Assembly: GCA_031254195.1 (NCBI GenBank)
Contig: JAIRUW010000013.1
Span: 27,011 to 91,010 of the forward strand
Direction: 5' to 3'
From: Oscillospiraceae bacterium
GTDB lineage: Bacteria; Bacillota; Clostridia; Oscillospirales; UBA929
DNA: 64,000 bases
This document shows, in pieces, positions 19,770 through 29,679 of this stretch (its first letter is position 1; each line of letters opens with the position of its first letter). Below the pieces are notes generated by a model, which was not told the origin of the DNA, ran no database searches, and saw nothing but the letters and a program-made list of their open reading frames with translations. A program made the position numbers and the translations under genes.

Positions 19770-20580
19770 TACGATTATCAAGGCGGGAAAGACGCGCTTG
19801 TTGCCGCCGGAAGAGAGGCCGCGGCTGCTAAAGCCGGCTAAAGCCGACGAAGCGGACAAGCCTGATGAGGTAATCCAGATCCCCGACGATCGTCATGATA
19901 GGGAAAGGGAGCGGGAAGAGCGCGAAGCCATCATCCAGGCCGCGTACGATGAGGTCATCGAGGCGGCGCAGCGGGAAGTCGCGCTCTTGCTTGAAGACGC
20001 GCGCCGTCAGGCCCGTGAGATTGTCAGCGAGACTGAGGCCAATGCGGAGAAGGCCAGAGCGGCCGCGCACGCCGACGGTTTTGAGAAGGGGCTGGGGATT
20101 GGGTTTGCCGACGGCGTAGAGAGAGCCGAGCGGGCGCTGGAAGATTTACTGCGTGACGGGCAGGCCGAGGTCGATTCGGCCCTCGCCGCCGCTTATGCCG
20201 AGCGTGACCGGCTGCTTTTGGAAATGGAGCCGAAGATTTACCGGCTCGCGCTGGATGTAGCGGAGAAAATTGTGGGCTTGGAGCTGGATCAAGACAACAA
20301 GGCGTTCGTATCCCTTGTCACGGCGGCGCTCAATGTTATACAGTGCGAATCGCGCGTGACGCTCCGCGTCAATGCCGAGGAGCACACCCGGGCGTTTCGT
20401 TCCAAGGCTGAGGCGCGGCTTAAAACCGAGCGGGGCAGTGTGGAGGCCGATATTGTGACCGACATGGGCATAGAGCCGCATGGCTGCCTAATCGAGACTG
20501 GCAACGGCACAGTGGACGCTTCGGTGGACGCGCAGCTGGAACAGATTGCTAGGAATATGGGAATCGAACAAAATGATTGA
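19762..20580 (+). CDS. fliH: Flagellar export protein FliH
   Basis: GxxxG repeats, GCLIET.NGTVDAS; TTG start overlapping the fliG stop. Confidence 0.88.
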   Translation: MSNTIIKAGKTRLLPPEERPRLLKPAKADEADKPDEVIQIPDDRHDREREREEREAIIQAAYDEVIEAAQREVALLLEDARRQAREIVSETEANAEKARAAAHADGFEKGLGIGFADGVERAERALEDLLRDGQAEVDSALAAAYAERDRLLLEMEPKIYRLALDVAEKIVGLELDQDNKAFVSLVTAALNVIQCESRVTLRVNAEEHTRAFRSKAEARLKTERGSVEADIVTDMGIEPHGCLIETGNGTVDASVDAQLEQIARNMGIEQND

Positions 20581-21874
20581 TTTCGAGAAAATCACAAGCG
20601 CCGTGCGGCAGGGGAACCCGCTTCAATACTCCGGCAGTGTGCAGGTGATTTCCGGCCTGACGGTGGAAGCCGCCGGCCCGGCTGTGCAGATTGGCGAGAT
20701 GTGCCGCATATATACGCTCGCGGGCGACCGATTCATGCCGGCCGAAGTGGTCGGCTTTCGTGATAACCGCGTCCTGCTAATGCCATATGGCGACCTTACC
20801 GGCGTGGGGCCGGGGTCGCGCGTTGTCTCCACCAACCGCACGCTGTCCGTGCCTGTGAGCGAAGCCTTGAAGGGGCGTGTGCTCGACGGGCTGGGGCATC
20901 CGATGGACGACGGCCCCGCCGTAGCGCCCGAGACGCTGTACCCGGTGGAGAACTCGCCGCCAAACCCTTTGAGCCGCGCGATGATTACCGAGGTCATGCC
21001 GCTGGGCGTCCGCGCCATTGACGGGCTGTTGACATGCGGGCGCGGCCAGCGCGTCGGTATCTTCGCAGGCTCCGGCGTCGGTAAAAGCACATTGCTGGGT
21101 ATGATCGCGCGCAACGCCAAGAGCGACATTAACGTCATTACTCTGATCGGGGAGCGCGGGCGCGAGGTCAACGGCTTTCTGCAAAACGATCTGGGCGAGG
21201 AAGGGTTGAAGCGCTCCATCGTCATTGTGGCTTCGAGCGACCAGCCCGCCCTCATACGCGCCAAGTCCGCGATGGTGGGCACCAGTATCGCCGAGTTTTT
21301 CAGAGATAAAGGCTTGAATGTCCTTTTGATGATGGACAGTCTGACGCGATATGCTATGGCGCAGCGCGAGGTGGGGATGGCGGCCGGGGAACCGCCGGTA
21401 TCGCGCGGATATACCCCTTCGGTCTATACCGTGATGCCAAAGCTGCTGGAACGGGCGGGCAACGCTCCCAAAGGGTCTATCACGGCGCTCTACACTGTCT
21501 TGGTGGAAGGCGACGACTTAAATGAGCCGATCACCGACACGGCCCGCGGCATCCTTGACGGACATATCGTCCTCTCGCGGCGGCTTGCCAACCGCAACCA
21601 TTATCCTCCCATCGACATTCTGGCGTCCATCTCCCGCCTGATGCCGGACATCGCGTCCAAGGAACACTATAAGCAGGCGGGCCGCTTGAAGAGCATGATG
21701 GCAGTCTACGACGATGCGCAGGACCTGATCAATATAGGGGCGTATAAGGTCGGCTCCAACCCCGACATAGACGCGTCAATAAAGTTGATCAAGCCCATCA
21801 ACGCCTTTTTGCAGCAGGAAGTGGAGGACGGCAGCCCGTTTGACGCGACGCTGGAAAAACTGATGGGCATATGA
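20573..21874 (+). CDS. fliI: Flagellar export ATPase
   Basis: AGSGVGKS, GERGRE, MDSLTRYA.AQRE, LDGHIVLSR. Confidence 0.96.
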   Translation: MIDFEKITSAVRQGNPLQYSGSVQVISGLTVEAAGPAVQIGEMCRIYTLAGDRFMPAEVVGFRDNRVLLMPYGDLTGVGPGSRVVSTNRTLSVPVSEALKGRVLDGLGHPMDDGPAVAPETLYPVENSPPNPLSRAMITEVMPLGVRAIDGLLTCGRGQRVGIFAGSGVGKSTLLGMIARNAKSDINVITLIGERGREVNGFLQNDLGEEGLKRSIVIVASSDQPALIRAKSAMVGTSIAEFFRDKGLNVLLMMDSLTRYAMAQREVGMAAGEPPVSRGYTPSVYTVMPKLLERAGNAPKGSITALYTVLVEGDDLNEPITDTARGILDGHIVLSRRLANRNHYPPIDILASISRLMPDIASKEHYKQAGRLKSMMAVYDDAQDLINIGAYKVGSNPDIDASIKLIKPINAFLQQEVEDGSPFDATLEKLMGI

Positions 21875-21907
21875 TAAGAGGTTGCTCCTTGAAAGGGGCG
21901 TGATACG

Positions 21908-22378
21908 GTGAAAAAATTTAAGTTCACCCTGCAATCGGTGCTCAATGTCAAGCGGGCGCAGGAGAAGCAGCAGATAGGCGAACTGACCGAGTGCAACGCC
22001 CGTATCCGGCGCTTTGAACAGGCGCGGCAAGAGCTTATGGAGCGGGAGATGGGGCAGCATGAGGAGTTCAGGCGGCAAATCGGCGAGGGGCTGTCCCCGG
22101 CGGAGCTGAGGCTTTGGGGAATCGCCAACCGGGCCGCCCGTGAGCGTGTAGAGTATCAGGACAAAGTGCTGGAGCAAGCCGAAGGCGAACGGCTGCGAAT
22201 AGAGAAGAAATTGATTGCTGTTATGCAGGAGCGCAAGATTTTGGAAAAACTGCGGGATAAGCAAAAAGAAGCGTACCGTGCCGAGCAGCAGAGGGAAACA
22301 GCGATTGAAATGGCGGAATTTATGGGTCATGAAGTCTATATAGATCAGGAGGGGATCAGACATGGCAGCGGCGGTTAA
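21908..22378 (+). CDS. fliJ: Flagellar export chaperone
   Basis: MKKFKFTLQSVL coiled coil, ERKILEKLR; follows fliI. Confidence 0.9.
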   Translation: MKKFKFTLQSVLNVKRAQEKQQIGELTECNARIRRFEQARQELMEREMGQHEEFRRQIGEGLSPAELRLWGIANRAARERVEYQDKVLEQAEGERLRIEKKLIAVMQERKILEKLRDKQKEAYRAEQQRETAIEMAEFMGHEVYIDQEGIRHGSGG

Positions 22379-23114
22379 AGAGAAGCCCGCGAAAGCCGGG
22401 GAGGCGGCTCCCGAGGATATGAAGAAGGCGCAGACCGTAGACGAAATGGAAAAGGAAGCGCTGGGACCCAAAAAGCCTAAGGCTGAAAAGCAGAAAGAGC
22501 CGAAAGAGAAGAGAAAACCGGGGATGGCGGAGGCGATCATGCTGACGTCTCTGCTTTGGCTGTCTATTTTCAGCGCGTTTATATTGCTGGCAATGTTTGA
22601 CCCTACAGAAGACAGAATCATACGCGGGTTGACATTGCTGCTGCTCAACCCGGAAGAGGAAACGCGCGAGCAGTATTGGGCCAGGGATATTTACGCCAAT
22701 CAGGATTTGGAGAAAGAGCTTAATGAGTTATCTCAGCGGCTGGACGCTTTCGAAGAGGATTTGAACCTCCGGGAGCAAATGCTCGACGAGCGTGAGAATG
22801 ATTTGGAGGACAGGGAGATTGAAGTTGAGGATTGGCTGGAAATTAAGCGTGGAAGCACCGCCAGCGGCGGCAACGGGGGGGAAACCGGCGCGGATTTGGC
22901 GCATATGGCAAAAACCATTGAACGGATGACTCCGAGCGCTGCCGCAACGGGACTTGCGGAAATGGATTTTGAGAGCGCCGTGCGGGTTTGCAAGCTAATT
23001 GGGGCGAAAAAGCTGGCGCCCATCTTTAACGCGATGGACCCTGAATTTTTCGTTGAGCTTATGAATGAGCTGACCGCTTTGCCCGAAGAGGATGATTGGG
23101 ACTACGACTGGTAA
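22362..23114 (+). CDS. YlxF/MotE-like flagellar protein (TM, coiled coil, MgtE-N-like domain)
   Basis: Position after fliJ; MTPSAAA..LAEM...KKLAPIFNAMDP. Confidence 0.7.
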   Translation: MAAAVKEKPAKAGEAAPEDMKKAQTVDEMEKEALGPKKPKAEKQKEPKEKRKPGMAEAIMLTSLLWLSIFSAFILLAMFDPTEDRIIRGLTLLLLNPEEETREQYWARDIYANQDLEKELNELSQRLDAFEEDLNLREQMLDERENDLEDREIEVEDWLEIKRGSTASGGNGGETGADLAHMAKTIERMTPSAAATGLAEMDFESAVRVCKLIGAKKLAPIFNAMDPEFFVELMNELTALPEEDDWDYDW

Positions 23115-23128
23115 CAGGGGTGGGACAT

Positions 23129-24964
23129 TTGCATAAAGACTATCTCCGGGTGGCGGCTGTTACGCCTTTCGTTACACCGGCCTTGCCGCAGAAAAACATT
23201 GACGGCGCTTTGCGCCTTATCCGCAAAGCCGGCGGCGCGGCGCTTGTCGTGTTGCCTGAGCTGTGCGTCACCGGCTGCACCTGCGAAGATTTATTCCTGC
23301 ACGCGGCACTGCTGGACAGCGCCGAGGAAGCGCTTGCGCTGCTTATCAGCGAAACCAAAGCCTCCGGCGCTCTGATTGCCGTGGGGATGCCTGTCCGCCG
23401 GGGGCAGGGACTGTATAACTGCGCCGCCGTCTTTCAGGGAGGGCGGCTTCTGGGCGTTGTGCCCAAGAGCCGTATACCGCGCGCTTCGCCGTACGCGGAA
23501 AACCGCTATTTTCTATCCGGCGCGGGCCTTGACGGAACCGTATCCCTTTGCGGGGAGGAAGTCCCGTTTGGGCCGGATCTGCTCTTTGACGGGGGCGGCG
23601 GTTTCCGTGTCGCTTTTGAGATTGGGAATGACATATCGGGGCATACGGACGCCGCGGTCATCGGGAACTTGGCCGCGTGTGAAGAAGGGGCAGGGCGGCG
23701 CGCTTATTGGAATAGTTTACTAAGGGTTCAGTCGGCGCGGCTGGCCGCGGGCATTGTGTCCGCGTCGGCCGGTGACGGTGAGTCTACCGGAAATGCCGTC
23801 TTTTCAGGCAGCCGGGCGATTGCCGAGAACGGAGCGGTTTTGGCCCAAAGCGGCATTGAGGAGTGTATCGGCGTCACGGCGACGGAGATCGACCTCGGCC
23901 TGCTCGCCTATGAACGGCGCAGGGTTACAGGGGACGCCGGGGCGGCGTCGGCTATGCGGGTGATCCCGTTCCGGCGCGGCGGGACGGCTGGTGGCGCCCT
24001 GACGCGCCATTATTCGCCCGAGCCGTTTATCCCTGAGGAAAACGACGCCCTCGCAACGCGCTGCCATGAGGTCATGTCGGCGCAGATACGCGGCCTGCGG
24101 ACGCGGCTTGACCGCCTGCCCGGGACCGGCGCGGCTGTGGCGGTCTCCGGCGGCTTGGATTCCACCCTCGCTCTTCTGATTGCGCATCAGGCGGCAAAGC
24201 AGGAGCGGCGGAAGCTGCTGGCCGTGACCATGCCCGGCCCCGGCACGACACAGCGCACCCTCTCCAACGCGGAAGCGCTCTGCAAAGCGCTGGGTGTGAA
24301 GCTCAAGCATGTCCCGATCGGCGGCGCGCTGGAGGGGCATTTGAAGGACATAGAGCATGACGGGCGGCCTGATATAGTGTTTGAAAACGCGCAGGCGCGG
24401 GAGCGCGCCCAGATTATCATGGACATTGCCAACGCCGAGAACAGCATTGTAGTCGGTTCCTCCGACCTCTCGGAAATGGCGCTGGGCTTCTGCACCTACG
24501 GCGGCGACCACATGAGCATGTACAACGTCAACGCGGGCGTACCCAAAACGCTGATGCGCCGTATCGTCCGTTTTGTCGCGGGGAAATCCGCCAAAGCCTT
24601 GCGGACGGTGCTGTATGACATCGTGGACACCCCTATCAGCCCCGAGCTGCTGCCGGTAGGCCCGGACGGGACGCAAGACCAGCGCAGCGAGGATATTCTG
24701 GGGGATTATCTGGTACACGACTTTTTCCTCTATTGGTTCCTCCGCTATGGTTATACACGGGAAAAGCTGCTGGCGGCGGCCGGCCGCGCCTTTGAGGGGC
24801 GCTACCTGCCCGAGTCGCTGGAAGCGGTGCTGGATGTGTTCATGGCGCGGTTCGCGCACTCGCAATTCAAGCGCAACGCCTCGCCCGACGGCCCGCGCGT
24901 CGGCAGTGTGTCGCTCTCGCGGGAGGACTGGCGTATGCCGGCGGATCTGGCGCGGCTTCCGTGA
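23129..24964 (+). CDS. nadE: Two-domain NAD+ synthetase (nitrilase-like domain appears degenerate)
   Basis: PEL and VPK in N-domain; SGGLDS, ENAQARER, DLSE, TPISPEL, QFKR in C-domain; TTG start after GGGGTGG. Confidence 0.88.
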   Translation: MHKDYLRVAAVTPFVTPALPQKNIDGALRLIRKAGGAALVVLPELCVTGCTCEDLFLHAALLDSAEEALALLISETKASGALIAVGMPVRRGQGLYNCAAVFQGGRLLGVVPKSRIPRASPYAENRYFLSGAGLDGTVSLCGEEVPFGPDLLFDGGGGFRVAFEIGNDISGHTDAAVIGNLAACEEGAGRRAYWNSLLRVQSARLAAGIVSASAGDGESTGNAVFSGSRAIAENGAVLAQSGIEECIGVTATEIDLGLLAYERRRVTGDAGAASAMRVIPFRRGGTAGGALTRHYSPEPFIPEENDALATRCHEVMSAQIRGLRTRLDRLPGTGAAVAVSGGLDSTLALLIAHQAAKQERRKLLAVTMPGPGTTQRTLSNAEALCKALGVKLKHVPIGGALEGHLKDIEHDGRPDIVFENAQARERAQIIMDIANAENSIVVGSSDLSEMALGFCTYGGDHMSMYNVNAGVPKTLMRRIVRFVAGKSAKALRTVLYDIVDTPISPELLPVGPDGTQDQRSEDILGDYLVHDFFLYWFLRYGYTREKLLAAAGRAFEGRYLPESLEAVLDVFMARFAHSQFKRNASPDGPRVGSVSLSREDWRMPADLARLP

Positions 24965-25047
24965 GGAGGCAGATGAGGACTAATATGCAGATATTGAAAC
25001 TGACGGCAGAAACCCTTATATCGTAGTACCTTTTGCAGGAGGCTTTC

Positions 25048-25485
25048 ATGTCTACAAGACATACCAAAATAACAATCGATTTGTTTATGGTATTTGCTGT
25101 AACATGCTCGTACATCAGATGGGATGGCGAACCAACTTTACATATCGTCGCGGGATTTATTTGTGCCATACTTTTTACTGTTCATTTTTACATGAATAGA
25201 AAAGTATTCGCGGCTTTCAGCAAAGGAGTTAAAAGGTTAAGTACCCCGGCAAGGATAAAGTATTTTACAGATTGCTTATTATTGGCAACTTGGAGTATCG
25301 CCGTTATCTCAGGCTTGCTTGCATTATTATCATACTCAGGAGTAACGGAAATTTCGTTTGACATTAGAAGATTTCACGGTCTTTTTTGCAGAATAGGCGG
25401 CGTTTTAATTGTTATTCATATGATACAGCACGGCAGACAAATCATTTCATATCTTAAAGCTCGCGACAACAGCGCTATGCAATAA
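25048..25485 (+). CDS. Small 4-TM protein with paired His residues (DUF4405 / cytochrome b-like)
   Basis: LHIVAG...VHF and FHGLF...IHMIQH; visibly AT-rich relative to neighbours. Confidence 0.6.
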   Translation: MSTRHTKITIDLFMVFAVTCSYIRWDGEPTLHIVAGFICAILFTVHFYMNRKVFAAFSKGVKRLSTPARIKYFTDCLLLATWSIAVISGLLALLSYSGVTEISFDIRRFHGLFCRIGGVLIVIHMIQHGRQIISYLKARDNSAMQ

Positions 25486-25516
25486 ACGAGAGCGTCAAGC
25501 CAGACGCTCTCGTTTT
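25484..25516. terminator. Bidirectional intrinsic terminator
   Basis: AAACGAGAGCGTC-aagcca-GACGCTCTCGTTTT between convergent genes. Confidence 0.8.
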
Positions 25517-25535
25517 CCTGTCACCAAACAATCGC

Positions 25536-26942
25536 TTACAACGGCTCTATGCCGTCTATCCGTTCCAGCGGCTTCAGCGCGGGGCCGCTGATTACTTTGC
25601 CCTCGCGATCAAAGCGGGAGCCGTGGCAGGTGCAGTCCCATGTGTTTTCGTCCTCGTTCCATTTGACCGGGCAGCCCATATGGGTGCAAACCGGTTTGAA
25701 GGGCGGAATGATATGGCTTGCGAAGTTCCCGGCGATGTCGGCCGCTGTTTTCACAAAGCTCTTAGCTTGCAGCCCAACGTCGCCCCGGTCAAGGCGGAAG
25801 GCGTCCTCGAAATCGCTGCGCCCCCTCGTAATCATGTCGCTGATGATCTCCGCCGCCGCCATGCCGGAGGTCATGCCCCACTTGTTGAAGCCCGTGGCGA
25901 GGTAAATGTTTTCTCCCGCGCTGTCGTAACGCCCGATATACGGCACCCCGTCGTGGGTCATGCAGTCCTGCGCCGACCATAGATACGCCGCCCGGCTTTC
26001 CGGGTAAAGGCGCCGCGCGTCTTTCAGCAGGCCGTCATAGTGTAGCTCTTTGCTGTCGTGGCCTGTTTTATGGTCATACGCGCCGAACAGGACCATGTCC
26101 CGTCCGTCCGTGTCCTTCTGCGGTCGGAACGAAAACCCGCCGTCGGCACAGTCAAGGTACATATCCCGCATCACCCCGGCGTCTTTCAGCGCCGCCACAT
26201 AGGAACGGTCTTGATAGATTCTGGCGAAGAGCAGGGAGTGTTTGTCAATAAAGGGGTAATGGGTGCAGGAGATAATATGCTTCGCGCGGATGTTCCCTTT
26301 GTCGGTGTAGACAATCCCCGCCTCTGCCGCCGTGGCTTTTGTGTGCGTATAGATTTTGCACCCCGCCCTGGTCAGGACGCCGCAGATATGGCTGGCGAAT
26401 CTCAAAGGGTGGAAATAGGCTTGGTTGGGGAAACGGACAGCTCCCCTGACAGCGAACGGCAACTCGGTGACGGGTTCTAGCTCCGCGTCGATTCCGAGCT
26501 GTTGCGCCGCGCGCGCTTCGTCTTCGATGGCTTCAACCTGCCTGTCATTGGTCGTATAAATCCACGCGTTACAAGGCGTGAACCCGCAGTCGATCATCTC
26601 CCGCCTGATGATCTCGCCATAATGCTGGATAGCGCTTTCGTTGGCGGCAAGGTATTGCAGGGCGCGTTCCTTGCCCAGTCCCTTGATGAGCTTCGCGTAG
26701 ATCAGGCCGTGCTGCGAGGTGATCTTGGCGGTGGTACTGGCGGTGACGCCGGAACACGGCCCGTCCGCGTCGATAAGGACGATGTTCTCAACGCCTTTGC
26801 GGTATAGAAAATACGCGCATAGCAGCCCGCTCAGCCCCGCGCCGACAATAACGGCGTTTGCCTGTATATCTCCCGGCAGCGGATGGAACCCGTGCATTTT
26901 TTCAAGTTGCCAAAAGGACTGCCTTTTTACCTCTACAGTCAT
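25536..26942 (-). CDS. FAD-dependent oxidoreductase with C-terminal Rieske domain (YhfW-like)
   Basis: [36 protein letters not shown]...CTCHGSRF. Confidence 0.9.
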   Translation of the reverse strand: MTVEVKRQSFWQLEKMHGFHPLPGDIQANAVIVGAGLSGLLCAYFLYRKGVENIVLIDADGPCSGVTASTTAKITSQHGLIYAKLIKGLGKERALQYLAANESAIQHYGEIIRREMIDCGFTPCNAWIYTTNDRQVEAIEDEARAAQQLGIDAELEPVTELPFAVRGAVRFPNQAYFHPLRFASHICGVLTRAGCKIYTHTKATAAEAGIVYTDKGNIRAKHIISCTHYPFIDKHSLLFARIYQDRSYVAALKDAGVMRDMYLDCADGGFSFRPQKDTDGRDMVLFGAYDHKTGHDSKELHYDGLLKDARRLYPESRAAYLWSAQDCMTHDGVPYIGRYDSAGENIYLATGFNKWGMTSGMAAAEIISDMITRGRSDFEDAFRLDRGDVGLQAKSFVKTAADIAGNFASHIIPPFKPVCTHMGCPVKWNEDENTWDCTCHGSRFDREGKVISGPALKPLERIDGIEPL

Positions 26943-27030
26943 TTTGCATCCCTCCCGGCGATAGCATTTGCCAAAACCTGATACCCTATCCCCGGCCCGC
27001 CGCATATACTGCCAGGGGGGGGATGCGGTG

Positions 27031-27588
27031 ATGTCCGGGATATGGGAAGGCGCGGTGTTGGCGTTAGCCTGCTCGATTGACGCGTTCGCGGTCAGCTTTG
27101 CTTACGGCGGCAAACGGATACATATACCCTTGCCGTCAGCGCTGGTGGTCGCGTTGACCTGCACCGCGTTCCTGAGCGTATCGCTCTGGCTGGGCGCTGG
27201 AATACGGCAGTTTCTGCCCCCGTGGCTGACCTCCGGCGTCAGCTTCGGCGTCCTGTTTCTGTTGGGTGTGGTCAAGCTGTGGGAAAGCATGAAAAACAGG
27301 CCGCCAGATCATAAAAAGGCGGACAAAAACGGGGATATGGTCATATCCCCGTTTGAAGCGGCATTATTGGCCGTTGGCCTTTCGATGGACGGCCTTGCGG
27401 CTGGGTTTGGCGCGGGCGTCGGAAACGTGAATGCCGTGGTCATGGCCGTTGCGTCAGCCGCCTTGGGCACGGCCGCCGTCACAGGCGGCTGCCGCTTAGG
27501 CGCGAAACTGTCACGGGCGCTGGCATGGAACCTTTCGTGGGTCAGCGGCGCAATATTGATTGCTTTGGCGGTTTGGAAGCTGCTTTGA
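27031..27588 (+). CDS. YtaF/MntP-family membrane protein
   Basis: [11 protein letters not shown] and [10 protein letters not shown] repeats; upstream CATA-T-type sporulation -10. Confidence 0.8.
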   Translation: MSGIWEGAVLALACSIDAFAVSFAYGGKRIHIPLPSALVVALTCTAFLSVSLWLGAGIRQFLPPWLTSGVSFGVLFLLGVVKLWESMKNRPPDHKKADKNGDMVISPFEAALLAVGLSMDGLAAGFGAGVGNVNAVVMAVASAALGTAAVTGGCRLGAKLSRALAWNLSWVSGAILIALAVWKLL

Positions 27589-29484
27589 TTACCTTTTCCG
27601 CTTCATCAAAACGATGACCAGTGCTACAATCGCGGCCAAAACGGCCACGGAGCCTACAATGATGAGGATGAGAACGCCGTCAACGGCGAATATAGCGCCG
27701 CTCTCTTCCTCTCCGCCATTCTGCGAAGGAGAAGGCGTTGCTTCACTGCTGGGAGATGGCTCAACTCCCTTATCCGGCGGTGAGGCAGGGACGCCGGTAC
27801 TCTCGCCGCCCGTTTGGTTTTTGATGTCGTTATAGTCGCCCGCGAGGAAACCTTCGGGATCCATCACGGCGTAGAAAGCGAGCTTAGGGCCTCCGGTTTC
27901 ATTGAAGAGGAGGGGGCTTCCGGCGCTGCGCCAGCTTGTGGGGTCGTCGATGCCCCATATGCTGACGCGGGCGATATGGTCTGAATAGTCTTTATAGATT
28001 TTGAAGAGCTGCGCGTAAAGTGTAGCCTGCTTCATCTCCTCCGCCTCGTCCAGCTCCTTATACCGTGACCAGCTCCCCGCCGGGATGTCCAGCTCGCTGA
28101 CGGAAATCTCCGCGCCGGTCCTGATCCAGCGGCGGATGGTGTCCTCCACATCCTGCGGGTTTAGGGCGTCTGTCCAATAGTGCGCCTGCATTCCAAGCCC
28201 CTCGACCAGCAATCTGTCCGGTTCTGTGTTGCGGGGGTCGGCCTTCCATTTTTCGTTGAGGTCTTCGGCCATCAGGGCGATGGCTTCCCGCTTGCCCATG
28301 TATTCCTCGTTATAATCGTTGAAGTAGAGGATGGCGTTGGGGTCGGCAAGGCGGGTGAAAACGAAGGCGTCATAGATATAATCCGCGCCGCTTTCCCCGG
28401 CGGCCATGTCTGCGCCATTGGCATAGGCGCCGTACCAAGCCGCACTCTCGGCGCTGCTGCCGCCTTTGCGCAGCGCGTCACGCCAGTCGGACGGTACAGA
28501 GCCGGTGCTGGCGGTAAACGCCTCGTTGACGACGTCCCAAGAGATGACCCGCCCGGCGTAATGCCCGGCCACCGTGTTGATGAACTCCTCCAGATTGGCC
28601 CGGGCCTCGTCACGGGTCAATACCGTCCCGTCAGGGTTTTTGTTCAGCCACGGCGCCGACTGGGCGTGCCAGACAAGCGTGTGCCCATGTACAGGGATAC
28701 CGGCCCCGGCGAGGGTTTCGATAAAGCTATCGGCGCTGGAGAACTGGTAATCCCCTTTACTTTTGCCGCCGAGCGCGTCGGGCTTCATGGCATTGCCCGC
28801 CGTCATGGCGTTGAAGTGCCGCTGTACCAGCTCAAAGCGCTGACCGGTGAGGTCCTGGCGGCTGAAAGCGGAGCCGATGAGGAAATGGTCCTTATAGATT
28901 TCATGCAGAGAGGGGAGTTGAATGCTGGCAAGCATCCCGCCGCCCGAAGGCGCAAAGAAGGAAATATCATCGATGTAAAATTCCGCGTCGGGCGTGTCGT
29001 TTTCGATATAGATCGTGATATACTCCGCGTTGGGGTAAATGAACCGCCCCTGCAACTCCGTCCACCCGTCGGATGTAGAGACCGTCTTCACATCCAGATT
29101 GTAATATTCCGCCCCGTCGCCCTCCCCGATTTGCGTGGACAGGCGGAAATCTGAGCTGCCCGACAGGGGCAGCACCCAGGCCGTCACGGTATACAGCACA
29201 TCCGGCTCGGCATAGAATGTCACGTTGAGCGATGGGCCGTGCCACGATTGCGAACGGTCGGTGACAAAGAGCGACCTCGTGCCGCTATACGCCTCGTCGC
29301 TGGTCACGGTGAGCGTCTCTACCCCGCCGTGGCCCTCAAAGCCCTGCCGTGTGCCATTTTCAAAGTCGATGACCCGCATTTCGGGAGCCGCCTCCACGAT
29401 AAACACGGGCTGAGCGGACAAAAGCACAACCAAAATCGCCAGGATAAAGGACAAACGCCTCCTCGCGCGAGCGGATCGAGCCAT
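27589..29484 (-). CDS. Membrane-anchored endo-1,4-beta-xylanase (CBM22/CBM4_9 + GH10)
   Basis: Signal peptide; NAMKPD, HGHTLVWH, WDVVNE, NDYN, GMQAH, SELD; P/S/E linker and C-terminal TM plus KRKR. Confidence 0.92.
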   Translation of the reverse strand: MARSARARRRLSFILAILVVLLSAQPVFIVEAAPEMRVIDFENGTRQGFEGHGGVETLTVTSDEAYSGTRSLFVTDRSQSWHGPSLNVTFYAEPDVLYTVTAWVLPLSGSSDFRLSTQIGEGDGAEYYNLDVKTVSTSDGWTELQGRFIYPNAEYITIYIENDTPDAEFYIDDISFFAPSGGGMLASIQLPSLHEIYKDHFLIGSAFSRQDLTGQRFELVQRHFNAMTAGNAMKPDALGGKSKGDYQFSSADSFIETLAGAGIPVHGHTLVWHAQSAPWLNKNPDGTVLTRDEARANLEEFINTVAGHYAGRVISWDVVNEAFTASTGSVPSDWRDALRKGGSSAESAAWYGAYANGADMAAGESGADYIYDAFVFTRLADPNAILYFNDYNEEYMGKREAIALMAEDLNEKWKADPRNTEPDRLLVEGLGMQAHYWTDALNPQDVEDTIRRWIRTGAEISVSELDIPAGSWSRYKELDEAEEMKQATLYAQLFKIYKDYSDHIARVSIWGIDDPTSWRSAGSPLLFNETGGPKLAFYAVMDPEGFLAGDYNDIKNQTGGESTGVPASPPDKGVEPSPSSEATPSPSQNGGEEESGAIFAVDGVLILIIVGSVAVLAAIVALVIVLMKRKR

Positions 29485-29679
29485 ATGTGGTGTTCCCCTT
29501 TCTATGATAGCCGTCCCCACTAAAATACCATAACGCAAGGGGTCCTGTCAACAGCAGAAGCCACACGAAATCATAACTAATCGAAGCCTGTCGGCATATA
29601 CCGGCGTGTTTTCCGTACTTGACAAACCCATATCATAAGGTATATGATTATGTAAAATAACAAGAAATGGGGAATAAAA

